A program made the position numbers and the translations under genes. A stretch of DNA of 64,000 nt from an uncultured Peptostreptococcaceae bacterium (GTDB lineage: Bacteria; Bacillota; Clostridia; Peptostreptococcales; BM714), in the NCBI GenBank assembly GCA_964484935.1, contig CAZAFW010000001.1, positions 2,649-66,648 on the forward strand. Direction: 5' to 3'. Below, piece by piece: positions 1 through 8,781 of the stretch. How positions within the stretch are numbered: the first letter of the stretch is position 1; each line of letters opens with the position of its first letter. Under the pieces are notes generated by a model, which ran no database searches, had not been told where the DNA came from, and saw only the letters and a program-made list of their open reading frames with translations.

Positions 1-150
1 GATGTTCTCTTAAGCGGAATGCTCGTAACTGACGAACCCGGAATCTATTTGCCCGGTAAATTCGGGGTTAGAATCGAGGATTTGCTTGTTGTCAGGAAAG
101 ACGGCTTTGATCTTCTTTCAAATTCGCCTAAAGAATTAATTGAAATATGA
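1..150 (+). CDS. M24-family Xaa-Pro peptidase, C-terminal fragment (5' end outside the window)
   Basis: Frame 1 reads [49 protein letters not shown] then TGA at 148-150. The EPGIY...G(V/I)RIED motif is typical of M24B peptidases. This family sits upstream of efp in Bacillus-type synteny. Confidence 0.7.
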   Translation, partial: DVLLSGMLVTDEPGIYLPGKFGVRIEDLLVVRKDGFDLLSNSPKELIEI

Positions 151-206
151 AATCAAGGCAATTTATAGTATAATGATTCTAGCAAATACAAGATGGAGGT
201 ATATTG

Positions 207-764
207 ATGATTTCAGCAGGTGATTTTAGAAAAGGCGTTACTTTTGAGATAAACGGTGAACCTTACGTCGTAGTGGATTTTCAGCACGTAAAACCGGGAA
301 AAGGTGCGGCTTTCGTAAGAACAAAGTACAAAAGCCTAAAATCGGGAGCAACGAGGGAACAGGCTTTCAACCCAAGCGAGAAATTCCCCAAGGCTCACAT
401 AGAAACAAAAGAAATGCAGTATCTTTACAGCGACGGAGACCTTTACTATTTCATGGACAACGAGACATACGAACAAATTCCCCTTGAGGAGAAACTCGTT
501 GAAAACGCCATAAAATATCTCAAGGAAAACGACAATGCAACACTTAGATTTTACAAAGGCAGTTGTTTCCAAGTGGATGCGCCGAATTTCGTAGAGCTTG
601 AAATAACAGAAACAGAACCAGGAATAAAAGGTGACACTGCATCCAATGTCACAAAGCGTGCAGTAGTTGAAACCGGTGCTGAAATACTGGTACCGCTTTT
701 CATAAACGAAGGCGATTCAGTGAAAATAGATACAAGAACAGGCGATTATCTTTCCCGGGTATAA
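207..764 (+). CDS. efp: Translation elongation factor P
   Basis: [10 protein letters not shown]...[13 protein letters not shown] is the canonical EF-P N-terminus. GGAGG at 195-199 lies 7 nt before the ATG at 207; the ORF track starts at the TTG at 204. Confidence 0.95.
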   Translation: MISAGDFRKGVTFEINGEPYVVVDFQHVKPGKGAAFVRTKYKSLKSGATREQAFNPSEKFPKAHIETKEMQYLYSDGDLYYFMDNETYEQIPLEEKLVENAIKYLKENDNATLRFYKGSCFQVDAPNFVELEITETEPGIKGDTASNVTKRAVVETGAEILVPLFINEGDSVKIDTRTGDYLSRV

Positions 765-794
765 ATCCGGCGACGAATCCAAAAGGAGGGCGAC

Positions 795-1229
795 ATGAAT
801 AATCTTAATGAAAAAGTTTCTTATCTAAAGGGCCTCATGGAAGGCATGAATATTGACACAAACGCAAACGAAGGCAAATTGTTCGCAAAAATAGTTGAGA
901 CGCTTGAGGAATTATCGCGTGAAGTCGACTACATCAACGAAGACCTCGACGACATGGAAGAGTACCTGGACGCCATGGATGACGATTTGACGGATTTGGA
1001 AGACGACTTTTACGAACTTGAGGATGAAGAAGACGAAGATGAATTCTATGAAGTGGAATGTCCTTCATGCGACGATATTTTCTATTTGGACGAATCCGAC
1101 CTTGTCTTCGACGACGAGGGTCTTATCAAAGTCGCTTGCCCCAATTGCGGCGAAATGATTGTCATAAACGATGAAATGGACTATTTCGCTGAAATTGAAG
1201 AAGATGAAACAGAGGAAACTGAGGTTTAA
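795..1229 (+). CDS. Highly acidic small protein with a C-terminal CxxC...CxxC zinc-ribbon; function unknown
   Basis: 144 aa with long D/E runs and ECPSCDD...ACPNCGE. A strong RBS, AAAGGAGGG, lies at 781-789. Confidence 0.6.
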   Translation: MNNLNEKVSYLKGLMEGMNIDTNANEGKLFAKIVETLEELSREVDYINEDLDDMEEYLDAMDDDLTDLEDDFYELEDEEDEDEFYEVECPSCDDIFYLDESDLVFDDEGLIKVACPNCGEMIVINDEMDYFAEIEEDETEETEV

Positions 1230-1248
1230 ACCGTTTGGAGGCATATAC

Positions 1249-1605
1249 ATGGAAGATAAGCGTCAACTTGACAATTTGGAATACGGAGAAGTAAACATTT
1301 CAAACGAGGTAATAGGAATCATTGCCGGCCTTGCCGCAAAAGAAGTAAGCGGAGTAGCCGAAATGAACAGCAGCCTTGGTGTTGAAATATCGGAAATTTT
1401 CGGCAAGAAAAACTACAACAAAGGCGTGAAAGTCGAGATAGATTCCGATAATATGATTACTGTAAACCTAAATCTTATTATTGACTACGGGATTGTAATT
1501 CCAGAAATCTGTTCAAAGATACAGGAAAATGTAAAGAAATCCATTGAGACAATGACAGAGATGGAAGTATGTGCGATAAATATTAACATTCAAGGGATTA
1601 AATGA
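1249..1605 (+). CDS. Asp23/Gls24 family envelope stress (alkaline shock) protein
   Basis: GEVNISNEVIGIIAGLAAKEVSGVAEM is the Asp23 family signature. Start refined to the ATG at 1249, with GGAG at 1237-1240. Occupies the yqhY position upstream of nusB. Confidence 0.85.
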   Translation: MEDKRQLDNLEYGEVNISNEVIGIIAGLAAKEVSGVAEMNSSLGVEISEIFGKKNYNKGVKVEIDSDNMITVNLNLIIDYGIVIPEICSKIQENVKKSIETMTEMEVCAININIQGIK

Positions 1606-1639
1606 TTGGATCCATTGAAACTCATGAATATCATTCGTC

Positions 1640-1665
1640 TAAGAACTAACCTTGGTTAGTTCTTA
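1640..1665 (+). terminator. 11-bp hairpin between asp23 and nusB; a weak terminator or attenuator
   Basis: TAAGAACTAAC-CTTG-GTTAGTTCTTA followed by TTCATT. The T-tract is poor. Confidence 0.4.
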
Positions 1666-1687
1666 TTCATTAAAGCAGGGAGGAAAT

Positions 1688-2059
1688 ATGAACAGAAAGC
1701 AGGAAAGGGAAGAATTGCTCAAGATTCTCTTTGAAAAAGACTTGAATTCGGACTCAAACGCAATAGGGCAGTTCAAGAATAATCCTTTCATTGAAAGTCT
1801 TTTCAAAGACATAGAAGAGAACAAAAATAGAATCGATTCCATCATAAGCGGCCATCTCAAGGACTGGTCCATCGAAAGGCTGCCTGCAGTCGACAGGGCC
1901 ATCCTCAGGATTGCTTTGGCAGAAATACTCTACCACGAAGAAATACCTCTTTCGGTGTCGATAAACGAGGCTGTGGAAATGGCAAAAAAATTCAGCGACG
2001 AAAAGTCCGCCAAATTCATCAACGGTCTTTTGGGCAATTTAAATGATGAAGAACTTTAG
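1688..2059 (+). CDS. nusB: Transcription antitermination factor NusB
   Basis: NusB-like sequence (AVDRAILRIALAEILY...SINEAVEMAKKF...KFINGLL). ATG at 1688 follows AGGGAGG. Confidence 0.9.
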   Translation: MNRKQEREELLKILFEKDLNSDSNAIGQFKNNPFIESLFKDIEENKNRIDSIISGHLKDWSIERLPAVDRAILRIALAEILYHEEIPLSVSINEAVEMAKKFSDEKSAKFINGLLGNLNDEEL

Positions 2060-2972
2060 CCTCGGAATAGACACCAGCTGTTATACAACCTCCCTAGCAA
2101 TTGTGGATAATTCAGGCAAGATTGTTTTGGATGAAAGAATTCCTCTATATGTTAAGCAGGGGCAGAGAGGACTTAGGCAATCTGAAGCTTTTTATCAGCA
2201 TGTATTGAATCTTCCCAAGCTTTTTGAAAAGGCATCCATATATTCTGATTCCATAACTAGCCTTTCGGCAAGTGGGAAGCCCAGGAATCTACCCGAGTCC
2301 TACATGCCGGTATTTACCGCCGGCACTGCCTTCGCAAAGACGGTTTCAAGCATGCTTTCATTGCCTTTAAATCTTTTTTCGCATCAGGATGGACATATAT
2401 ATTCAGTTTTGCCGGAATCGGGAATAGATGAAAAATTTCCTTTTTATGCAGTGCACCTTTCAGGCGGGACCGCTGAAATAATGAGAGTATATATCCAAAA
2501 TGGCAGAATTTCGACAGAGATTGTCGGGGGATCCCTAGACATAACGGCAGGACAATTGTTAGACAGGCTTGGAGTCAGATTGGGACACAGTTTCCCATCA
2601 GGCAAGGCATTGGATGAAATAGCATATGAAGGCAAATCAGACTCTTCATACCGAATTTCTGTAAAAGGCGGCTATTTTAATCTTTCCGGAGTCGAAAACA
2701 TGTATGAAAAGGACATTTCAAGCGGAATGGATGCTTCCGAAATAATCCATAAGACTTTCAAGTGCATTTCAGAGACCCTTTCAAAATCTTTCGACAATCT
2801 AAAAATAACCGGGGAACCTGTTCTTATGACTGGAGGCGTTTCGGCAAGCCGCTTCCTGAAAAATGCACTGTCCGACAAATGCGGTTCAATTCACTTCGGA
2901 CCGGCTTGTCTTTGTACGGACAATGCTGTTGGAATAGCTCGCATGGGAATCAAATTGTCAGGAGCTGATTAA
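2043..2972 (+). CDS. Kae1/TsaD (M22 glycoprotease, ASKHA fold) family protein; divergent paralog
   Basis: LGIDTSCYTTSLAIV N-terminus and an HQDGH (HxxxH) metal motif. 309 aa. Overlaps the nusB 3' end by 17 nt. Confidence 0.6.
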   Translation: MMKNFSLGIDTSCYTTSLAIVDNSGKIVLDERIPLYVKQGQRGLRQSEAFYQHVLNLPKLFEKASIYSDSITSLSASGKPRNLPESYMPVFTAGTAFAKTVSSMLSLPLNLFSHQDGHIYSVLPESGIDEKFPFYAVHLSGGTAEIMRVYIQNGRISTEIVGGSLDITAGQLLDRLGVRLGHSFPSGKALDEIAYEGKSDSSYRISVKGGYFNLSGVENMYEKDISSGMDASEIIHKTFKCISETLSKSFDNLKITGEPVLMTGGVSASRFLKNALSDKCGSIHFGPACLCTDNAVGIARMGIKLSGAD

Positions 2973-2974
2973 AA

Positions 2975-4186
2975 GTGAAATTGAAAACATTCAGCGTATC
3001 CGAAGTAAACAGGTACATGAAACGCATTCTTCAAGCCGACCCTTTGCTTGGCAACCTTGCGGTAAAGGGTGAAATTTCAAATTACAAGGCAAATCCCGCA
3101 GGATACGCTTTTTTCACCCTCAAGGATGCGGAAAGCAGAATCAGTTGCGTGATTTTTTCAAACAGAATGAAGAATCTCACTTTCAAACCAGAAAACGGAA
3201 TGGCTGTAACCGTAAGGGGAAGCATATCCCTTTATGAAAAATCCGGAGTATACCAGATATATGTCAATAACATGGAACCTTCAGGAACGGGTGATTTGTT
3301 CAGAAAATTCGAGGATCTAAAGAAAAATCTTCATGCAAAAGGATATTTTGACGAAAAATCCAAAAAGAATGTCCCTCCCTTTCCTGAAAAAATTGCGATT
3401 ATAACATCCGCAGGCGGCGCCGCCCTAAGAGACATACTCAACGTGGCAAACAGGCGCAACAAAACTACCAGCCTTTATATATATCCATCTTTGGTCCAAG
3501 GCGTCCATGCAGCTGGAAATATTGCCGAGAAAGTAAGGTTGGCCAACTCGTCTTCAAATGAATACGACATAATTATTCTTGCAAGGGGTGGAGGTTCAAT
3601 AGAGGAATTGTGGGCCTTCAACGAGGAAGTGCTTGCCGATGCAATACACATGTCGGGCATACCGGTTGTTTCAGCAGTAGGACACGAAACCGACTTTACA
3701 ATTTCAGACTTCACTTCGGATTTCAGGGCTCCCACACCTTCCGCCGCCGCAGAACTTTGCCTTCCTGAAACAAGCGGCCTTTTGGAAACAATGGAATCCT
3801 TGGAAAAACACATGAAAAGAAATCTGTCCGGCAGATTTACAATGCTTCAAAAGAAACTGGATGAAAATTCACCCGCCAAAATAAACAAAAAATTATTTTG
3901 GCGCATTGAAAGCGAAAAGAAAGACCTCCAGTATCTGTTTGCATCTCTCAGCTCATCGCTTGATTATTCCTTGTCCAAGCTCGAAGAAGAAGCTTCTTCC
4001 ACTTTAGAATCGTTAAATAGGGCAAATCCCGATTCAATACTGCGAAAGGGTTATGCAATCGTGTATAATGAAGCTGAGAAGGTTGTTTCAGGCATTGACG
4101 ACGTTAATTTGAATGAATCCATCACCATCGCTGTTAAAAATGGTAAAATAAAGAGCAGGGTCACTTCACTGAAGAAGGAGATATGA
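2975..4186 (+). CDS. xseA: Exodeoxyribonuclease VII large subunit
   Basis: N-terminal OB-fold plus GRGGGS(I/L)E(E/D)LW motif (ARGGGSIEELWAFN). GTG start. Followed by xseB. Confidence 0.9.
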   Translation: MKLKTFSVSEVNRYMKRILQADPLLGNLAVKGEISNYKANPAGYAFFTLKDAESRISCVIFSNRMKNLTFKPENGMAVTVRGSISLYEKSGVYQIYVNNMEPSGTGDLFRKFEDLKKNLHAKGYFDEKSKKNVPPFPEKIAIITSAGGAALRDILNVANRRNKTTSLYIYPSLVQGVHAAGNIAEKVRLANSSSNEYDIIILARGGGSIEELWAFNEEVLADAIHMSGIPVVSAVGHETDFTISDFTSDFRAPTPSAAAELCLPETSGLLETMESLEKHMKRNLSGRFTMLQKKLDENSPAKINKKLFWRIESEKKDLQYLFASLSSSLDYSLSKLEEEASSTLESLNRANPDSILRKGYAIVYNEAEKVVSGIDDVNLNESITIAVKNGKIKSRVTSLKKEI

Positions 4187-4190
4187 CAAT

Positions 4191-4436
4191 ATGGCTAAGA
4201 AAAAGGTTTCTTTCGAGGAACATATGGATCAACTTAAAGACTCTCTTGAAAAATTAGACAACAACGATTTGTCTCTCGAAGACGCCTTGAAAGTCTATGA
4301 GAAAGGAATCGAAGCCTATAATAATTGCAACAAGGCTTTGTCTGAAGCCCGCAAGAAAGTACAAATACTCGTCGACTCAACTGAAAATGAAACCTTCAAG
4401 GATTTCGAAGAAGGGGATTCAAACAATGACATTTGA
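4191..4436 (+). CDS. xseB: Exodeoxyribonuclease VII small subunit
   Basis: 81 aa. SFEEHMDQLKDSLEKLDNNDLSLEDALKVYEKGIEAY is typical XseB. Confidence 0.9.
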   Translation: MAKKKVSFEEHMDQLKDSLEKLDNNDLSLEDALKVYEKGIEAYNNCNKALSEARKKVQILVDSTENETFKDFEEGDSNNDI

Positions 4437-5310
4437 ACAAAATATGCACGATTACAAAACAGCAATAGAAGAAGCTCTTAAAAATATGGTTTATTTAAAC
4501 TTCTATTCAAATAGCTTCCAGCAAAAATTGATCGATTCTATGAACTACAGCATTCATGCAGGAGGCAAGCGTATTCGTCCCATTTTGCTTCTTGAGTCAA
4601 ACAAAATTTTAGGAGGCAGTCACGAAAGAGCAATGCCTTTTGCGTGCGCACTTGAGCTCATACACACATATTCACTCATTCACGATGACCTTCCGGCAAT
4701 GGACGATGACGATTTGCGAAGGGGCAAGCCGACAAACCACACTGTTTACGGAGAAGCTTTGGCTATACTTTCGGGGGATGCCCTCCTTAATCTGGCTTAT
4801 GAGATAATGCTCGAGTCAATTGAAGACCGGCAGGGAATAGACGCTGCAAGAATACTGGCCGAATCTTCAGGCTCAAGAGGAATGGTCGGGGGACAATCGG
4901 TTGATGTGCTGTCAGAAGGTCTGTCAATTGAAAAGGATATTCTCGAGTATATCCATATCAACAAGACTTCAAGATTGATTGAGGCTGCTCTAAAAATGGG
5001 CGCGGCTCTAGCAGGTGGAAGCAAAGAAGAAATAGCTGCTTTAAGCTGTTTTGGCTTTCATTTGGGCATGGCTTTCCAGATTAAGGACGACCTTCTTGAC
5101 ATTGAGGGAAATGAATCATTGCTCGGAAAACCTGTAGGCAGTGACACTGCAGTTAAAAAAAACACTTTCCCGAAAATAATTGGAATTCCGGCCTCAAAAG
5201 CCGCTCTTGAAGATCACACCCGAATTGCAGTTTCCGAACTTGAAAAAATAGACGGAGACACCGTCTTTTTAAAAACACTTGCAAGCTATCTTTTATCCAG
5301 AAACTCTTGA
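4426..5310 (+). CDS. ispA: Farnesyl/geranyl diphosphate synthase (polyprenyl synthetase)
   Basis: Both aspartate-rich motifs are present: LIHDDLPAMDDDDLRRG and FQIKDDLLD. Start refined to the ATG at 4426, which overlaps the xseB end. Confidence 0.9.
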   Translation: MTFEQNMHDYKTAIEEALKNMVYLNFYSNSFQQKLIDSMNYSIHAGGKRIRPILLLESNKILGGSHERAMPFACALELIHTYSLIHDDLPAMDDDDLRRGKPTNHTVYGEALAILSGDALLNLAYEIMLESIEDRQGIDAARILAESSGSRGMVGGQSVDVLSEGLSIEKDILEYIHINKTSRLIEAALKMGAALAGGSKEEIAALSCFGFHLGMAFQIKDDLLDIEGNESLLGKPVGSDTAVKKNTFPKIIGIPASKAALEDHTRIAVSELEKIDGDTVFLKTLASYLLSRNS

Positions 5311-5334
5311 TTTATTTAGGAAGGTGATGAACCC

Positions 5335-5778
5335 TTGTCATATATGAGAACACTGTTCTCCAACCCATACTTTAATGCATCCTTTTTTTCATGGTTCACG
5401 GCGCAGGCATTGAAAGTGATTCTTACACTCATAAAGGAAAAAAAGCTTGATTTCTACCGCTTTGTCGGTTCCGGCGGAATGCCAAGTTCGCATTCTGCAA
5501 TGGTAATGGGTCTTTCCACTGCCATAGGCCTGAAAATGGGCTGGGATTCTCTCGAATACGCAGTATCGATAATTTTTTCGCTCATAATAATGTATGACGC
5601 TTCCGGAGTGAGAAGGGCTGTTGGGAAACAGGCGATGATTCTGAACCAAATGATAAAAGACAGGCAACAAAACAAACAAATTGAGGATAAGCAGCTCAAG
5701 GAATTGGTCGGGCATACTCCAATAGAGGTTTTTGCCGGAGCAATTCTTGGCATATTGATAGCCAATCTGTTAATATAA
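5335..5778 (+). CDS. DUF212 / divergent PAP2 (acid phosphatase, vanadium-haloperoxidase-related) membrane protein
   Basis: 147 aa, multi-TM. GGMPSSHSA...YDASGVRR motif. Start is the TTG at 5335 (7 nt after GGTGA) or the ATG at 5344. Confidence 0.7.
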   Translation: MSYMRTLFSNPYFNASFFSWFTAQALKVILTLIKEKKLDFYRFVGSGGMPSSHSAMVMGLSTAIGLKMGWDSLEYAVSIIFSLIIMYDASGVRRAVGKQAMILNQMIKDRQQNKQIEDKQLKELVGHTPIEVFAGAILGILIANLLI

Positions 5779-5789
5779 AAATAATGTGG

Positions 5790-6340
5790 CGCAGTATCCT
5801 AGTCAATTTTTTCATTTTTGAAGGCGGGGCTAAAAATCCGTCGAAGGGCACATCGATGAAGTTCCTAATGATTGCTTCTGACGCCCAGTCGGGGGCTTTT
5901 GTCGGGAATAAGAAGCAGGGGGCAATCCGCAATGGCATGTGGGCTCTACCCTCTCTTCATGGAGAATCGGATTATATCCGGTATAAACCTGCACGAACCA
6001 ACAACTGCAGAGTAGCCTGCCTTGAGTGGAAACGGTGGACGTCGGGCTCAACGAAGCAAAACCCAGGATCCGGGTACGCTCCGTCTTGCCGCCGAAACCC
6101 TTTTTGCAAAAGAGGCTAAAGAATGATCAGGTTGCAGAGGAAAACTCCTAGGCTGTTCCTGTAAAGGAAATACATCGGGGATTAAAGTGCGGTCTCAATG
6201 GCGATCCAGTTTCATGAATGGCGACATCATGAGTATGGATTTAATGGGAAACCGCTGATTCGGCGACGATTCAGCATCCAAACGGGAAATCCTACTGGAC
6301 CTAAGCCGTAAAGTTTACTCGATGTATTGCCACAATTATT
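5790..6340 (+). ncRNA. ole: Candidate OLE (ornate large extremophilic) RNA; boundaries approximate
   Basis: About 550 nt with no credible ORF. GC is locally far above the flanks: by hand count 33/60 at 6001-6060 versus 19/60 at 6361-6420. Stable hairpins at 5966-5982 and 6254-6275 (GCGA tetraloop). Sits in the ispA-[RNA]-small TM protein-dxs context that defines OLE loci. Confidence 0.6.
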
Positions 6341-6360
6341 TTATTTAGAAGGAAATTAAA

Positions 6361-6918
6361 ATGAAAATCAACATAAACCGCATAAGATACAAATGGATAC
6401 TCCATGTGTCAATCATAACTTTCGTTTTTTCTTTTTTGCTTAATTCTGTTTCAGAATCGCTTCTTGGCAACATTGGTCTGACATTGGGATTTTTGTTGCT
6501 CTTTATGATAGTCTTTACGGGAATCATATTCGACATAATCGGCATAGCAGTCGCTTCGGCAAGCAGGAAGCCCTTCAATTCAATGGCGTCAAGAAAAATA
6601 AAGGGAGCCAAAGAGGCCTTGGAGCTTATAAACCATGCCGGACCAGTATCAAATTTCTGCAATGATGTGGTCGGAGACATAGCCGGGATAATCAGCGGAT
6701 CGACAATTGCTGTTTTAATCCTTAAGATAGGCTCAGTCAATACGCTTTTGAACACATCTATTTTAAGCGTAGTGCTTATTTCCTCGACAGCCTCATTAAC
6801 GGTCGGTGGCAAAGCCTTCGGCAAGGAAATTGCGCTATACCAGTCAAACGAAATTGTGTTGAAGGTGGGACGCATAATATGCTTTTTCAATGAAAAATTG
6901 ACATTTAAAAGAAAGTGA
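6361..6918 (+). CDS. oapA: Small 4-TM membrane protein; candidate OLE-associated protein A
   Basis: 185 aa with four predicted TM helices. RBS GAAGGA lies 8 nt upstream. Position is immediately after the candidate OLE RNA and before dxs. Confidence 0.6.
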   Translation: MKININRIRYKWILHVSIITFVFSFLLNSVSESLLGNIGLTLGFLLLFMIVFTGIIFDIIGIAVASASRKPFNSMASRKIKGAKEALELINHAGPVSNFCNDVVGDIAGIISGSTIAVLILKIGSVNTLLNTSILSVVLISSTASLTVGGKAFGKEIALYQSNEIVLKVGRIICFFNEKLTFKRK

Positions 6919-6923
6919 CTAAA

Positions 6924-8777
6924 ATGAAAATACTGGACAATATAAATAGCCCGAAAGCTATAAAAGAACTCAATAATGAGCAATTGTCGAAATTGGCTAT
7001 AGAGATACGCGAATTCCTCCTTGAATCGATTTCCAGAACAGGAGGCCATTTGGCTTCTAATCTTGGAATTGTAGAGCTTACTTTGGCTATTCACTATGTG
7101 TTCGAAAGCCCTAGGGATAAAATCATTTGGGATGTGGGACACCAGTCCTACGTTCACAAGCTTATAACCGGAAGAAGGGAAGGATTTGAAAATCTAAGAC
7201 AGTTGGGCGGAATGAGCGGATTTCCCAAAAGAGCCGAAAGCTTGCACGATCCTTTCGACACCGGTCACAGCAGCACCTCACTTTCGGTCGCTATGGGTTT
7301 AGCCTCTGCACGGGATTTGGACAAGTACGACTTCCAAGTCATTTCAATCATCGGCGACGGATCGCTAACGGCCGGCATGGCTTATGAAGCGCTCAACCAC
7401 ATAGGGCACGAACAAAAGAAAATGCTTGTCATTCTGAATGACAACAACATGGCCATTTCAAAAAATACCGGGGCATTGTCCAAGCATTTGAATAAAATAA
7501 GAACCGCACAACGGTATACCAAAACCAAGGCCGGAATAAAGAACACCACCAGCAAAATGCCTTTCATAGGCAAATTCCTGACTCAAAAGCTGGACAAGGC
7601 AAAGGGCACAATCAAGTACATGCTTGTACCGGGCACTATTTTTGAAGAAATGGGCCTTAAATACATCGGACCTGTCAACGGGCACAACCTTGAAGAGCTC
7701 ATCGATGTTCTAAAAAGAGTTAAAGATTTTGAAAAACCAGTCTTGTTGCATGTGGTAACCAAGAAGGGAAAGGGCTATTCATTCTCTGAAAACCATCCCG
7801 AAAAATTTCACGGAATCGGGCCCTTCGACATGAATACAGGAAAGGCAAAAGCGTCATCCAAAGGATTGTCCTATTCCAAGGTGTTTTCTTCAAGCCTTGC
7901 GGAATTGGCTGACAACAACAAATCGATCGTTGCAATTACAGCGGCAATGCCTGACGGTACAGGCCTGTCCCTTTTCGGCTTGGCCCATCCCGACCGCTAT
8001 TTTGACGTAGGCATAGCCGAACAGCATGCAGTCACTTTTGCCGCAGGCTTGGCTTCAAGCGGTAAAAGGCCTTTTGTTGCAATGTATTCTTCATTTCTTC
8101 AAAGAGCATACGACCAGTTGATACACGATGTTTGCCTTCAAAATCTTCCGGTTGCATTCTGCATAGACCGTGCGGGATTGGTGGGATCAGACGGGGAAAC
8201 TCATCACGGCTCATTCGACTTGTCATTCTTGCTGCCTATCCCAAATTTGACAATATGGTCCCCTAAGGATGGATACGAACTTAAAAGGATGCTTTGCCGC
8301 TCTCTTGAATTGGAGGGACCTGTTGCAATAAGGTATCCAAGGGGATCCTGCAATGAAATCAACTGCGACGAGACAGAAATTAAGTTGCCCGAAACCATCA
8401 AAAGAGGCAATGACTGCCTTATAATATCTGAAGGAAATGCAACAATATCGGCAATCGAATGTTCAAATATACTTGGCAAAAGAAATATTGACTGCGGTAT
8501 TTTAAGTTTGAGACAGATAAAACCTATAGATGAAAACAACATTTTCTCTGCAGTTGGAGCCTATAGAGCTATTGTCACTTTAGAAAATGGCTCGGTCAAT
8601 ACAGGAATGGGGACACAAATAAATTCAATATTAAAAAATTCTGATTCAATCAGGATTCTCAACAAAGGATATCCTGACGCTTTTATAACCCACGGCGAAA
8701 CCAGCGATCTCATAAAAAGCATTTCATTGGATCCTGAGTCTTTGGCAAATGAAATCGAACAATTTTTGAAAGAGTGA
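6924..8777 (+). CDS. dxs: 1-deoxy-D-xylulose-5-phosphate synthase
   Basis: Full-length DXS similarity (GGHLASNLGIVELT, GDGSLTAGMAYEALN, IAEQHAVTFAAGLA). ATG at 6924; an alternative GTG at 6915 overlaps the oapA stop. Confidence 0.95.
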   Translation: MKILDNINSPKAIKELNNEQLSKLAIEIREFLLESISRTGGHLASNLGIVELTLAIHYVFESPRDKIIWDVGHQSYVHKLITGRREGFENLRQLGGMSGFPKRAESLHDPFDTGHSSTSLSVAMGLASARDLDKYDFQVISIIGDGSLTAGMAYEALNHIGHEQKKMLVILNDNNMAISKNTGALSKHLNKIRTAQRYTKTKAGIKNTTSKMPFIGKFLTQKLDKAKGTIKYMLVPGTIFEEMGLKYIGPVNGHNLEELIDVLKRVKDFEKPVLLHVVTKKGKGYSFSENHPEKFHGIGPFDMNTGKAKASSKGLSYSKVFSSSLAELADNNKSIVAITAAMPDGTGLSLFGLAHPDRYFDVGIAEQHAVTFAAGLASSGKRPFVAMYSSFLQRAYDQLIHDVCLQNLPVAFCIDRAGLVGSDGETHHGSFDLSFLLPIPNLTIWSPKDGYELKRMLCRSLELEGPVAIRYPRGSCNEINCDETEIKLPETIKRGNDCLIISEGNATISAIECSNILGKRNIDCGILSLRQIKPIDENNIFSAVGAYRAIVTLENGSVNTGMGTQINSILKNSDSIRILNKGYPDAFITHGETSDLIKSISLDPESLANEIEQFLKE

Positions 8778-8781
8778 AAAT

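Noticed and set aside
5784-6119. 111-aa + strand ORF and 73-aa - strand ORF (5830-6051) inside the GC-rich gap.
   Set aside because: They have no Shine-Dalgarno sequence. Their amino-acid composition (rich in G, R, C and W) is unlike the rest of the proteome. The region is better explained as structured RNA.
6137-6148. GAGGAAAACTCC, which resembles the RNase P RNA CR-I motif GAGGAAAGUCC.
   Set aside because: The motif is imperfect and lies about 350 nt into the element rather than near the 5' end. I could not find the other RNase P conserved regions. The tmRNA termini, the SRP motif and 6S RNA features are likewise absent. The synteny points to OLE instead.
6345-7157. 270-aa ORF on the - strand, antisense to oapA and the 5' end of dxs.
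   Set aside because: It is fully antisense to two genes with strong homology or context support. It has no RBS and a low-complexity, hydrophobic, shadow-ORF composition. Long antisense ORFs in this frame are a common artefact of codon bias.
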